The position numbers and the translations under genes are program-made. The notes beneath the pieces were generated by a model. The model ran no database searches. It was not told where the DNA came from and saw nothing but the letters and a program-made list of their open reading frames with translations. Shown piece after piece: positions 50,968 to 63,379 of a stretch of 64,000 nucleotides of DNA (within the stretch, counting starts at the first letter, position 1; each line of letters starts with the position of its first letter). This stretch comes from Felis catus (lineage: Eukaryota), in assembly GCF_018350175.1 (NCBI RefSeq), contig NC_058382.1, forward strand, positions 51,276,001 to 51,340,000, written 5' to 3'.

Positions 50968-51954
50968 ATAAAACTTATAAAATAATTAAATATTACACAT
51001 ATATTTTGACTTTTCTCTATAACCCATTGTTTTATTCATCATTTTTCCTCAGAATTAATATCACTTAGAGAAGCAAGTGAGAACACATAAGAATAGGCTA
51101 TTAATAAATTAATTTTTCCATAAAATAATAAAATGATCATTATATAAAGAAATGAATAATTTGCAATTTTTCAGAGGGCAAGGGGGTGGGGATGTGGAAC
51201 TATATTTTTTTGATGATAAAATGGCTGCTACTCTAGGCCAAGCCAAGTGGTTTGAGAGACTATTCAATCATTATTTCTCTGAGATTCAAGAAGGCATGAT
51301 TTTAATTAGAATGGGAACGAAGGATGTTCTAAATTTAACAAACCACTGTCTAGTTGGTGGTGCTGAGCTGGCAAACCCTGTTTGAATTGAGACTTGAGAA
51401 AGCAGTAAAATTGGGTTCCATTCATCAAAGAAACTGAGGAATAGCGTGGAATTATATAAATATGCCCTTTTTAACCACATCTCAAAAAATTACAGAAGGA
51501 CTCCATCTTGTAAGTCACTTTGGTTTTGGCAAAATAGTGTGGTATTTTCCAACTGAGAACAATTTTAAGCTCATTAATGCCTATCAACAGCTGGCTTCCG
51601 ATGACTGAAAATATCATCTGTAAGATTATAAAATATTCATATTTATTGAAGGGTCTTGGCTTATGATTTATTAATATTAACATAGCAAGAAGACAGATGG
51701 GTTTTCTATTGCCACTCTTTTCTCGTTGTTAACTAAATCTTAGGGAAATTTTAAACATGACAGTTGGTAGGAGAACAACCACAAGTGGTCTTTAATTTTC
51801 CAAGCAGCCCTGATGATATGTAGGGAACATTATAAATGATGGTCTAACACTGTGATTTTGCTACTTAGCTCCTCCTTGCTTTTTACCAGAAATGAACACC
51901 TCACCAATTCTGATTCCCAAAGAGCAGACTTGAGGCTCCGTGTCCTTGTTCAGC

Positions 51955-51962
51955 TAGCACCA
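51955..51962 (-). promoter_or_regulatory. miR-29 family 8mer target site (UGGUGCUA) in ADAMTS18 3'UTR
   Basis: + strand TAGCACCA equals miR-29 nt 1-8. Confidence 0.6.
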
Positions 51963-52252
51963 AGAGTTACGAGGTTCATAGAATGTGTGGGACGTCAACG
52001 TTGGCCTTTGATGTAAGTTTTGTGGTTTTTTTTTTTTTTCAGATTGTAATTTCAATTCAACGGAGATCTTCTTAAATAGTCCAAGTTGCCCTGTTTTCAG
52101 AATATTCCTCAGAACACTTTTCAAGTTGTAAATTTTAGTCTTGGAGACTCTCTATAAGCAGGATATACTTTGAACAAAATAATAAAAACAACACACTCAC
52201 ACTGAATAAACATAACGTGAAGCTTGTTGGTCCAGCAGCAAGCACAGTTATG

Positions 52253-52263
52253 AGCACCATTTG
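52253..52263 (-). promoter_or_regulatory. miR-29 7mer-m8 site with extended pairing to miR-29b/c nt 2-12
   Basis: + strand AGCACCATTTG. Confidence 0.55.
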
Positions 52264-52787
52264 GCTTCCTGTGTAACCGAGTTCGGGCTGGCCACAGCGT
52301 CCATCCAACTGTGAGCTCCGAATAACGGTTAAGCAAGGTGTTCCATCCGTATTTGATTGCTCCAAGGCTCAGTCTTGGATCTAAGTCTTCAAGAACCGTT
52401 TCGAAACAGATGTCCTTGCCATGGAACACTCTAAAGTTCAAGGGCGGTGGGGGGGGGGGTGTCTCTCCCAGAGTTGACCAGATTCTTCGTCAAAATTAAA
52501 AGGTGACGTATCTCAATGTGACTCATCACCTCTTTCCTGTAACAGTGCAAATCAAAAACGTTCTTTTGTCATTTCTCTTGGAAGTCAGATGGGTCCTTGC
52601 TTCCCATCTTCAAGTGCTTCGGAGTACCGTGTGCTTTGGGACTTGGAGAAGGAGCCTGTCTGTTCTTGAGAGCCAGCTCCCCAGGGGCTGCTGTAGCCAT
52701 GCAGGAGTGGTCTGCAGGGTTCAGCTTTCGAGCTCCGGAGGTGAGAGGTGAGACCCTGGCCCTGCGGTGTTAGGGAGGGCGTCAAGG

Positions 52788-52903
52788 TCAGCTCTTCCTC
52801 GTGCAAGATTTGCAGCACTGATGACCGTGAAATTTGTGGTTGCAGATGCCGTGTTGAGGAACGAGGTGACACCAGCTGAAGAAATCTACACAGGATGGAT
52901 CTT
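52788..52903 (-). CDS. ADAMTS18: ADAMTS18 terminal coding exon, PLAC domain: (E)DPSCVDFFSWCHLVPQHGICNHKFHGHQCCKSCTRKS*
   Basis: Long T tract plus CCTCACTGCAG acceptor (AG 52905-52904). The phase-1 join G+AA gives Glu in frame with the previous exon. Six-Cys PLAC pattern ending CCKSC; TGA at 52790-52788. Too short to appear in the ORF track. Confidence 0.96.
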
Positions 52904-53699
52904 CTGCAGTGAGGAAAAAAAAAAAATTAACACCATCAAAGAGAGCTTAGCCTTTTTTCTAAGTGAGAGCCCGCATGCCTTTTGTCTCTGAATGGTTCTG
53001 CTCGTTATATACTGGGATTTGGCTGGGAGGGTGGGAGAAGGGAGATTAAGACATCAAAAGGGGCTGTGACCATTACCTAAATGTTAAGGGGGGGGGGGGG
53101 GGATGGGTGTTTAAAAAAACGCCACGCCCTTTCCAGCCAGAGATTCATGGGTGATCCTTCCCAGTAGCCTGGGAGCTACACGTTGCCTCCCTAGAACAGT
53201 GTGTTAGGGGTTGGGCTGCGATTTGGTCTAATACACTGGGAGTCAGCACACCTGGATTTGAGGCCCAGCTGCAACACTCTGTTGATTTAAACAAATCCCA
53301 CAGTCAAGTTGCAGTTAAGTGAACTGAAGTCAACACCAGTCCTTTCTGACGTCTTTTGTTAACCCGTTTGATTATGGGCTGGATGGAGCACATTGGGCAT
53401 CGGGGATTCCCAACCAGAAGGGCCGTGTCCATTTTAGGGTCAGGGCCTCGCTGTTGTACTGGATTCTCAAGGAGTTTTGACTTGAAAAAAGTATTTATGG
53501 TCTACCCTAAATACTTTTCCTTCATGGTTCGAAGTGTTTTCCCCTTCCTCCATGCCAGGCTCGAGAGACACCTGGCCCCAAGCCCCACACTGCCCCTAGG
53601 TACCCACCCACGTCCCTTCCACATTCCTCCTTCAACGGCTCTGCTCTGGGCCCTGGGACATGGCACGCAATGCTCTCCATTCTCCTGTTTCTTTTTCCC

Positions 53700-54330
53700 A
53701 TTGCTCCCTATTTGTATCCTGTCTCCCTGTGATTCAGCACTGCCTACACTTCCTTCCCCATGCCTTCATTCCTCTGCCTAAAATGCACCCACTGGACCCC
53801 CATCCCTTAGTAGCCCCGCTGATCCTTTGAAAATGTATGTCGGTTCATGCCGGGTCTCAGCCCTAAACTCTCCTTTTGGCCCCTCTGTCCACCCGGAATG
53901 AAAAGTTTAGTCCTCAAAATGGCCGACCACTGGTCTCTCCACTAACACTTGACCTCCTCTTCGTCCTCTCTTCCCTCCCTGACACGGGCCACCTGGCTCA
54001 TGGCCCATCATGCCAGGAAAAATGTGGTTTCTCCCAGGATCCCAAGTCTCTGCTCAAAGGTCACTGACAGTAGGGCCTTCCCAGAGTCCCTCTTACAAGC
54101 AGCAAGCTCTGTGGCCTCCCAGAGAGCCCTCCCTACTCCTTACCTTGCTTTATTTTTCTACAGTGATCTATGAGCACTCATCATATCCTGTGCCTCCCTA
54201 TTGTCTGGCTCCTCTCTAGAATGTAAAATCCTTGAGAGCAGAGCTTTTGCCCACTGTTTTCATTACTTTATTCCCAAGGCTTAGTGCCTGTCACAGAGTA
54301 GCTGCTCAAGAAGGATTTGTTGAACAAATT
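53700..54330 (+). mobile_element. L2 3' fragment (last intron of ADAMTS18)
   Basis: CTAGAATGTAAAATCCTTGAGAGCAGAG...GTGCCTGTCACAGAGTAGCTGCTCAAGAAGGATTTGTTGAA is an L2 3' end. Confidence 0.7.
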
Positions 54331-55089
54331 GGTTTTTACAGCTGAAACAACCAGTTCAAAGTCTCAACTTGGGTATAAAGGAGAAGTAGCAGTGACTTTT
54401 TTTTTTTCCTTTTCAATAACTCCTGGATAGATCTCGAAGGTAGAGTCTAGAGAATTTTCTGGCAGGCTGGTAAAGGTACGAGAGAAGAAAGAAGAATCAA
54501 GGATGGTGATAAGCTTTTTGCCCTGAGCGTCTAGAAGAATGGTCATAGGTACTGACATGGGGCCACCAGGGGTGGGGGAGGGGTGCTGCTGGTAGGAGAA
54601 GGGTGTGGCGTCTATTACCTGAGGGATCCAAGCCAGACGTGAGATGAAGACCCATCCAAACTCTGTTTGCCTATATGTACACATATAGATGTAGCTACAT
54701 CCATTATTTTAAATATATACTTGTACAGTATCTTATACCCCAATCAATTAGCATGGAGCCCATTCAATCAATGCACATCTGAGTCAGCTTCTGTTTGAGT
54801 TGCAGAGACACCGCATCAGGACCAAAACTGGCCCCTAAAACCACGGTCCTAACTGCACGGTTTATGGACCCCTCTTGGGAGAAGAATGGGATTTCAGCAG
54901 GCTTGCGCAGCTCGTGCTATCAGCTCAAGGTATGTCCGGAAGCAGAAGTGGGGCGTATCACTGTGCCGTCGATATGAGCCCTGTGTTTCATCACGGTTGG
55001 GATATTGATCACTAATCGCTGGTTATCTGAGCTGTCAGTCAGGTATTTTATTTATGCTGAGGATGACCTTGGCGCCCTCTTTCTTTGCC

Positions 55090-55810
55090 TCCCATCCTTC
55101 ATGCCAACAACTGACAAATATTATAAGCTCAATCTTCAGAATGTTCCTGGCACCCCACCACTCCCACGAGTGCCACTGCTCCAGTGGGAACTTCTCCCGA
55201 ACCAGAGTAGACAAGTCCTCCTCCGGCCCTGGGCCCTGTGCTCTTTCTTCTCTGGGTAACTGCGGGCGATCCTCCCACAAGTCAGATCCCACTGCTCCTG
55301 GGCTGGAAGTTCAGTGTCGGCTTCCACCTCAGTTGGAGTTAAATCTCAAGTCCTTCCAATGACGGACAAGGCTTCCAGGACAAGCTTCAGCTAATCACCT
55401 AACTCCTGTCTGCTTTCTACGTCCTACTCCAGGTGTCTTGCTGTCCCTGATCAGAGTCACACATTGCTGCCTCAGGGCCTTTGCATGTGCTCTCCCCGCT
55501 GACAGGAACACTATCCTTCTAGATACACACCTAGCTCACCTGCCTTTAGGTCCATGTTCCAATATCGCATCATCCAGGTGGCCTTGCGTGACAAGCCCAT
55601 CTGAATGGGTTTTCCCTCCTCCTCCTCACCCCCAGTCATTCTTGTGCTCCATACTCTGCTTAAGTTTTATTTTCTACTTTACCATCTGACATTGTATACT
55701 TACTGGTTTGTTGTCTGTTTCCAGAGAGGAGAGTGGAAGCTTTGCCCATTCTGTTCATCATTCTATCTACAATCAGACACCAGAACAGTTCCTGGTTCAC
55801 AGTAAATGTG
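55090..55810 (+). mobile_element. L2 fragment
   Basis: TGCCTCAGGGCCTTTGCATGTGCT and AGAACAGTTCCTGGTTCACAGTAAATG. Confidence 0.7.
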
Positions 55811-55983
55811 AAAAACTCTCCATAATATCTTAAGGTAGCAGCATTTCTCCATTTTATAAATAGCTCAGAAAGTTTAAAACCTTGCCCATGGGTGTGCATG
55901 GCCCATCATGGGAGTCTCAGAGGAGGTTCAAAGTATTGCCATTTCTTTCCTTGGTCACCATGGATTTACTTACTGCCCACTAA

Positions 55984-56285
55984 TTTTTTTTTCCTTTTTA
56001 AAAATTTTAATTTTAGTTAGTAAACATACAGTACAATATTGGTTTTAGGAGTAGAAGTCAGTGATTCATCACTTAGCTACAAGGCCCAGTGCCCTCCTTA
56101 AAGCCCATCCCCTCCCACCTCCCTCCCTCAACCCATAGCCTGTTCCCTATCGTGAAACATCTCTCGTGGTTCGTTTCCCTCTCTTCTCTTCCCACCCTCT
56201 TCGCATATGTTCATCTGTTGTGTTTCTTAAATTCCACATGTGAGTGAAATCATATGGTATTTCTTTCTCTCATTGACTTACTTCG
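55984..56285 (-). mobile_element. Carnivore L1 3'UTR fragment
   Basis: Homologous to 12135-12450 (AGGAGTAGAAGT.AGTGATTCA..ACTTAG; AAATTCCACATGTGAGTGAAATCATATGG). Confidence 0.88.
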
Positions 56286-57844
56286 TTGGAAATTGACTAC
56301 CAGAAGACACACTCAAATTCCACCCATGGTCACCCTGCCAGTGACTTAAGAAGGAAGATGAACCGGGCAGTACTTGGGCATGGCACTCTCTCTGGGGGAG
56401 GCGGGACGTGGCCTCCAACTTTGTAAAACCATAGACCACAACCGTGGCCAAGAAGAAACACCTAGACTTGTGTCTTTCATACCTGCCTTCTTACTTGACT
56501 CCTCTTGCCTAGAGAGACCTGATTTAGTCCAGAGGCAAGGAGAGAGGTCCTTCTAATAAACCTTTTTCATACCGTCATCTGTCACGGCCCCCATCCCTGC
56601 AACCCATGAAGAACCAACCTCCATCATAACACTGGTAAACACTCCACTTAGATTTCGTGTTGCAGCTTCCTCCTCCTCTGAGACACTGACTCCTTGTAGC
56701 TTAAGAACAGGATGTTGCCTTGTTCTTTTGTCCCTAGAAGAATGCTAGGGATATAGAGCAGATGCCTAGTGACCCAGCTTTGAGTGAAGTAGAGAACCTC
56801 ACCGTGCTTGATGCACAATCTTTTTTTTTAACACACATTGAGCACCAATGGTGGGCCGGGCACGGTGCCGGACGAGTAAGATAATGACACCAAGGGCCTC
56901 CCCACTAATCTTGGACCTAACATATGTCTTGGCTCTCCTCCCCTTGAACTCCTGCCCAGGAGAGAACTGCTGAGCAATGTGCATGATCGACCATTGTCCT
57001 TTATTCTGTCTCTGAGTACGTAAGGGGCCTGCACTTCTGATTCTGTCCACGTGTGGGTTTGTCTGGGGCCATCTGACTAACGGGGGAGAAAGGAGCAATC
57101 ACCGATGGGGAAGAAAGGAGGAGACAGTCTGCAAGAACAGGACTACTTGCTCAAAAGGTGTGTTTCTTTCCCCCGTTAACCTGTCTGCTTGGAAAGCCTG
57201 CGGGTTTGCAGAATTCCAGCAATGCCCTGGAGGTGACAGGGCTCTGAGCAGCTACTATCTTGCTAGTTTTCTCTCTGGTTGCAAGCCTCAGATAAGGAGA
57301 GCGTGCAGAGGAGGGAAAATTGATGCCCAGAGCCTGGAGCGAAGGGTCTTAGAGATAAAATGCGAAGGGATAGGGACAGGGGAGGATCTGAGTGACAGTT
57401 CTGAATCTGATTCACCACAAATTGGGAAGCACGGAGTAAGAAGTGAAGCAGTCTTGGGAAAGCTGCGATCGGATGAAAAGCAAACTCAGCAGGCCCGTGG
57501 TGGAAAATAATTCTTTAGCACAAAGAAATCTGATTAGGGGGGAGGAACTATTCCCTGGTGTTAGATTTCTTCAAAATGAGTTGGGCTACTGAAAAAGAAG
57601 CACAGTTCACCCAGATCGTTCAATTTCCCGTTTTTCCACCAGCACACCTGCACTTCATTTAAACGGACGGTAACAAAGGAAACATCTAAGGTGGGTCCCA
57701 GGAGGAAGAATGTTCACGGAACGTCACCCGTGTCCCCAGTTCCTGTTCACGCTTGCATTCCCACTGGTTGGTACAGTCGCTGGTGCGTGGTGGTTACTTT
57801 TTCGTTTGCTTGTTCAACTAAAACAGTTTTTAAAATCGGACTTG

Positions 57845-58022
57845 TGGGGGCCTGGGTGGCTCCGTGGGTTAAACGTCCTACTTCAGCTCAGGTCATGACC
57901 GCACGGTTTGTGCGTGTGAGCCGCGCATCTGGCTCTGCACTGACAGCTCGGAGCCTGCCTGAGATTCTCTCTCCCCTCCCTGACTTGTGCGCACACTCTC
58001 TCGAAAATAACTTTAAAAGAAA
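57845..58022 (+). mobile_element. Can-SINE (intronic, antisense to ADAMTS18)
   Basis: GGGGGCCTGGGTGGCTCCGTGGG head. Confidence 0.88.
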
Positions 58023-58309
58023 ATGGACTTGCAAGATGACTGTTTCCCCCTTTCAAAGTAAGAATTAATAGCTAAGTGCCTTAGCACAGAATGAGATTTT
58101 CCCTGCACAAGCATGCAAATAAGCATTTGGGGCAGGAACTGCCCCAGATCTGTGCCTCGTATGCCTCTGAGCAGCACTGTTCACAGATGGTGATGTGAAT
58201 GGCGCCCCCCAGAGTTGTTCTAGGAATAAGGGGCACAAGCACGTACGATGGAGTTTTGGAAAACTCTCTGACGATTTGGTAAAAGTGAGTGGAGTACAGG
58301 GCTTGTTAC

Positions 58310-58457
58310 CTCTCTTTGCAGGAGCTGGACAGAAGTTTGTGTTACAGGCTCGTAGCACGGGAGGTTTCTGACGGAGCAGACAACTGGAGGAAGGCCGGCC
58401 CTGCTGGACGCAGTGGACCGAGCGGGTCTGGACGCCCCCTCCACAGGTCACCGTGCA
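58310..58457 (-). CDS. ADAMTS18: ADAMTS18 penultimate exon, last TSP1 repeat: CTVTCGGGVQTRSVHCVQQGRPSSSCLLRQKPPVLRACNTNFCPAPAKR
   Basis: Polypyrimidine tract plus GTGCAG (AG 58459-58458), donor AG|GTAAC (GT 58309-58308), 148 nt = 49 codons + 1 nt; lies within ORF 58065..58640. Confidence 0.97.
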
Positions 58458-59121
58458 CTGCACAAGAAGGAAAGAGGAAGGAGTCAGCAACACTTGGCTG
58501 GAGGGTGTCCTTTCTGAGGTCAGTGATGTCAAATAGAAGGGATCTCCATGCTTCATGCCATGTCCAGGGGGCCTGCTGGCAAAATGGGAGTTGGCCAGAG
58601 ACCCGTATGTGTGCTCAAGTTCACGGTTGTTGTAACACACAGGAGCTAGGTGATCTGATTGGAATGCTGCCTATCTCGCCCCAGAGAATGTGTCTTCAGT
58701 TAAGTGACTCATAAAGAAGAGAGCTCCCAGAAATACGGAAGCTGCCGTAAGAATGCAGAAACCTAGGCAACTCATCACGGTATTTAAATAATTCCAGATA
58801 TTCTCTGCAGATGCAGTATTGGGGGAGAGATAGTTCAGAATTAGGACAGCAAGGAAATAATACTTCATCCAAGGAAGCTTTGGAACCATGCCCTCGGTGG
58901 CCAGCCAAATTCTGAGTTGGCACAGTGGGTGGGTGTTTCCCAGAAGTCAGTGATTTTGCTTTTCAATTAAAAAAAAAAAGAAAATAGATGGCTAACAAGG
59001 ACTATCAACTTTTTTTAGTTCTTCCAGACACATAGGGAAAGATATTTTATAATATCAGGGAAAAACAAGACAGCCCTTTTACCCTGATTATTTTTTGTTT
59101 TGCTTTTAAAAATTCACTACA

Positions 59122-59348
59122 GGGGCGCCTGGGTGGCGCAGTCGGTGAAGCGTCCGACTTCAGCCAGGTCACGATCTCGTGGTCCGTGAGTTCGAGCCCC
59201 GCGTCAGGCTCTGGGCTGACGGCTCAGAGCCTGGAGCCTGTTTCCGATTCTGTGTCTCCCTCTCTCTCTCTCTCTGCTCCTCCCCCGTTCATGCTCTGTC
59301 TCTCTCTGTCCCAAAAATAAATAAATGTTGAAAAAAAATTTTTTTTTT
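59122..59348 (+). mobile_element. Young SINEC_Fc-type Can-SINE with TSD (intronic)
   Basis: TSD AAATTCACTACA at 59110-59121 and 59349-59360. Confidence 0.95.
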
Positions 59349-59520
59349 AAATTCACTACATTCTTTTTCTTATTTTGCAGATAGGTGAAGTCTTCATTCT
59401 GGACAAGCATCATTATATGAACTGGTATTTGGAAGGAAAAACACGTGGGAGTGGAAAGACTGAGTTTTGGATTTTAGCACCAAATTCAAATATAGCTATA
59501 TGATCATCACATCATCTAAA

Positions 59521-59690
59521 CCAGAAGTTGGTAAACTTTTTCTGTAGAGGTCAAGATAGTCCAGATGTTCACCTTTGTGGGCCACGTGGTCTTTGGTGCA
59601 ACTACTCTGCCTTTGTGGCATGAGAGCAGCCATGAGCAATATGTAAACACAAACGAGCATGACTGTTCTGATAAAACTTTATAAGAGTTG
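59521..59690 (+). mobile_element. MER58A-like hAT MITE
   Basis: CAGAAGTTGGTAAACTTTTTCTGTAGAGGTCAAGATAG...GCAACTACTC...GCAGCCAT...ATAAAACTTTAT. Confidence 0.8.
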
Positions 59691-60420
59691 GTAATTGTTT
59701 GCTGATCTTTTGTCTAAATAATCTTAAGAGAATCAACTTCCAAATCTCTTGAGTAAATGGTGATAAAAACTTGAAAAAGAAGTCCATAGCAATATATAAA
59801 GTGCTTAGCATGATGTCTAGCCTATTAGAGATACACGATCATGCTACTTTCTTTTTCTCCATGGTTTAGTTCTCAGATCCTTTCCCATACACATAGGTAG
59901 ACACACACATTATATATACGTATGTGTGTGTGTATGTGTACTTACAAAGACATGTGGATGCATATGTATATACAGACACACACATACATCATTATACCTA
60001 AGTGTGTATGTATACTTAGAGACACAGATCTGTAGATGTACATTTCCCCCCACCCAACCCCCATATTTAATGATGGGGTGGGTGGTACCTCTCAAGCTGG
60101 CAAGTTGTTTGAAGGGCTATGTACATGACATCTGTTGGTTGGAAGGTGTAAGGACCCCAACACAGCTTATCTCTAAGCCTTCGCTTCCCACACCAATCCC
60201 AGCCAATCAGAACCAAACCACTGTAACCAAAGTTTCATCTAAGTCTTCTGAGATAAAGGTGCCTCTAACATCTAATGGGCTTAAGAGCTGGGTGTCCTTG
60301 CCTGAATTGCCTAACTCTGAGCTTTCCCTGCCTCTTCTACAACATAGGGACAGAAATCCCCATGAACCAGGCTGTTTGACAAATGGTAGCCATTATCACA
60401 TTATTAGAAACATGACCTAA

Positions 60421-60648
60421 GGGGCGCCTGGGTGGCGCAGTCGGTTAAGCGTCGGACTTCAGCCAGGTCATGATCTCGCGGTCCGGGAGTTCGAGCCCCG
60501 CTCGGGCTCTGGGCTGATGGCTCGGAGCCTGAAGCCTGTTTCCGATTCTGTGTCTCCCTCTCTGTCTGCCCCTCCCCCCGTTCATGCTCTGTCTCTCTCT
60601 GTCCCAAAAATAAATAAACATTGAAAAAAAAAAACGTTGAAAAAAAAA
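60421..60648 (+). mobile_element. Young SINEC_Fc-type Can-SINE with TSD (intronic)
   Basis: TSD AGAAACATGACCTAA at 60406-60420 and 60649-60663. Confidence 0.95.
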
Positions 60649-60714
60649 AGAAACATGACCTAAAAACCAAAGAAGTCAAGATGCTGAGCACTGTTTCTAA
60701 AATACAGAAGATTT

Positions 60715-60872
60715 GGGACACCTGGGTGGCTCATTAGGTTATGCGTCCAACTCTTGATTTTGGCCCAGGTCATGATCTCATGGTTCATGAGTTTGATCCC
60801 TGCATCAGGCTCTGCGCTGACAGCACAGAGACTTCTTGGGATTCCCTCCCTCTTTCTCTCTCAAAATAAAAT
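60715..60872 (+). mobile_element. Can-SINE (intronic)
   Basis: AAAATACAGAAGA duplicated on the flanks. Confidence 0.9.
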
Positions 60873-61212
60873 ACAGAAGACTTTAGTGAGGCAGCAGCAA
60901 TAGTGAACATTTAGCACCATGGAACAAGCCCAGTATAAATATTTTATATTAGGTACTCACGAAAAACATTAGCTCTGCAAGATATTGTCATCTTGATTTT
61001 CTAGATGTGAAAGCCAGAGCTCACAGATTATGGAAGTGGCCCAGGACCACACAGGTGGTGGAGCTGGCCAAAGATCACAAACCATTTTGCCTCCAGAACT
61101 TGAGTTTCTGTTCTTTCCCTTGGGACAGGTCCCTAATAGCAACGGTCGGTGGGCTCCCTCCTTTCTGGGAATCTCACTTAAATATACATCTCCTTAACCT
61201 GGGTGCGCTTAC

Positions 61213-61425
61213 CTGCTGCCAAGGCGATGAATACCATCCAGCTGCCACACTGAACTCAGGACGGGCTGGACAAGCCCCCCGCTGGCAGGTTTCTTCCAGG
61301 TCGAGAATTGGTTTCTTAATATGGCGGCACCTTCGCTCCGGGAAAGTGATCAGCTTTCCCTGGAAGGCCTTCTCACTGCATTTCATCTCCCTCTTCCTCA
61401 CGCCCAAACCACAGGTCATCGAACA
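61213..61425 (-). CDS. ADAMTS18: ADAMTS18 internal exon (3rd from last), TSP1 repeat: CSMTCGLGVRKREMKCSEKAFQGKLITFPERRCRHIKKPILDLEETCQRGACPARPEFSVAAGWYSSPWQQ
   Basis: Acceptor TTCTAG (AG 61427-61426), donor CAG|GTAAG (GT 61212-61211), 213 nt, phase 0-0; overlaps ORF 61174..61419. Confidence 0.96.
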
Positions 61426-63255
61426 CTAGAAGCCAGGACAAAAAGGCATTAAGTATGTGGAGCTCCACGGTCAAGTCTGCCGAGCAGACGAGCCACCTAT
61501 GTGACATTCTGGGATGGGATTATGGCAGGTCAACCACACACACTCAAGGATCCTAAAGATAAAGCCACCCCATCCCTCATACTAAAGAATGTGGGCTAAC
61601 TGTCCCAAAGTCTCAAAGCTCATCACCATGGGACCCATATGGATGTCGGATTGACTCCTAGAGAAAGACCAGATGGGCAGAGGATGGGCACAGGGGCTCT
61701 CTGTAGTGTTCATGTGGATGTCCACATGTGGGGTGTGTCATCTATGGGTCCAGGTCTACCTCAGGCCTCTCTGAAGATGTGGAGTCGGTGACAAGGAGGC
61801 GGGGCACAGAGATGAGGGTTCGAGAAGGCTGAGTGGGAAGAACCACCAGGTACCAAATCACTCGTCCTGTACTTGACCCTGCCTCTCACCTGACTGCGCT
61901 CCAGCCTGAAGCGGTGTTACAGGAAAAAGAGAAGGATGAGGGCTGATGAATCATGAGAAGCCTTGTTTCAAGTATGTGAAATGGAATTGTGGGATAACAC
62001 AGGGAGCCTTGATGAAAGGAAGCGGTAAGGATCGGTGTCCTTACAACTTGGTGTAACTATCCTAAGCAACGAAGGACACTGAACTTCACACAACAGCTCC
62101 ATGAGGGAGGGGCGACAGTTGGCCCCACTGTGTGGACGCTGAAGCCAGGCTCTGCCATGTTGAGTGGCTGGCCCGGGGTCACCCCCGGAGCAAATACTGA
62201 GGGCTGCGTGCAAATGGGGGACATCTGATTTACCCCTGCATTGAGCTCTTAGGCGATACTGTCTCTTAACGAAAATGGATGGGAAGACGAGTGGAGGCAC
62301 TGCTATGTGTGTGACTATTTACATGGAACAAAAGGGCACCAATGGGCTGGACCCCCTGCCTCTACTGTACCCCACCATCCCCACTATTGACCTTATCTCA
62401 TCCTCGGCCTCTGTTTTCCTCACCATACTGCAATCTTCTCCACAGCAGAGACCTTGGCCCCATCAGGTACTGACAGAGACTTCAGGCTTGGCGTCTTTCC
62501 TCATGTTGCCTATGTCTGCGCGTGCACCCGAGTTTCCCCAGCCAAAACCCAGGAGACTTCTATCTTCACGGGTCTACCTCCCCTCCACCCACAGATGCCT
62601 GAAGGTGGCAATGGCCTCCATAGGAACGTTCAAAGATTCTGCTTCTCTCCACCCCTGGAATGCTCTCATCCTGTGTCCCGATTACAGCAACCTCCCCACG
62701 AATGCCTTGCCTGCCCCTTGGGCGGCCTGCCTTGCATCACGTTGTTCTACTTCATTCAAAGTTCTAAGTGGCCCCGACACTGGGGTCCTGATGAAGCTTT
62801 CAGCTTCCACCCCACCTTCATCCTGTCATACCGGCTGTGTTATCTTCTCTCCCCTCTCCCTCCTTTGGGGCGTGCCCTCCATTGGGAACAACCTTCCCCC
62901 AACCCCACCCTTGCCCAATTCTTGCTCATCCTTCAGACTCATGCTCCCTGGAAAGTCTCTTCTGACAAGGACTCCTCTTGGCGGAAGGGCCGGGGGGCCC
63001 CCAAGCTCTCCCAGTGGAATTACAGACCCCCCCCCCCACTACAGCACTCTGCATACCCTATCTGTGGTGCCATAAACGCCCGGGCACAGGCCTGTTCCAT
63101 GCGGTGTGTGCTTTGTCAGGATTTGCCGAAGAGTCGGAGGGAAGAATGGATAATGAGTAGGCTATGTGTGTGGAACAGGAAGAAGGTTTGATCATCTGGG
63201 TGCTGGTGGGTGAGCTGAATATATATAAAAAAAACAAACAAACCCAGAAAATAAA

Positions 63256-63362
63256 GAGACACCTGGGTGGCTCAGTTGGTTGAGCGTGTGATTCTTCACT
63301 TTGGCTCAGGTCATGACCTCAGGGTCATGGGACTGAGCCTCACATCGGGCTCCAAACTGAGT
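63256..63362 (+). mobile_element. Tail-less Can-SINE head next to an ADAMTS18 splice donor
   Basis: GACACCTGGGTGGCTCAGTTGGTTGAGC...GGGCTCCAAACTGAG; CT tract and A tail absent. Confidence 0.85.
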
Positions 63363-63379
63363 ACTATCTCAACTCCTAC

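Larger units (their letters stand above)
50945..52787 (-). other. ADAMTS18: ADAMTS18 3'UTR (about 1.8 kb, end approximate)
   Basis: Sequence with no recognisable repeats, increasingly AT-rich, from the stop codon to a cluster of minus-strand AATAAA hexamers. The cleavage site is inferred. Confidence 0.7.

Noticed and set aside
62275..63191. Longest ORFs in the track (266 aa and 245 aa, + strand)
   Set aside because: They overlap each other, lie antisense within an ADAMTS18 intron, run through CT-rich L2-like sequence and show no recognisable domain.
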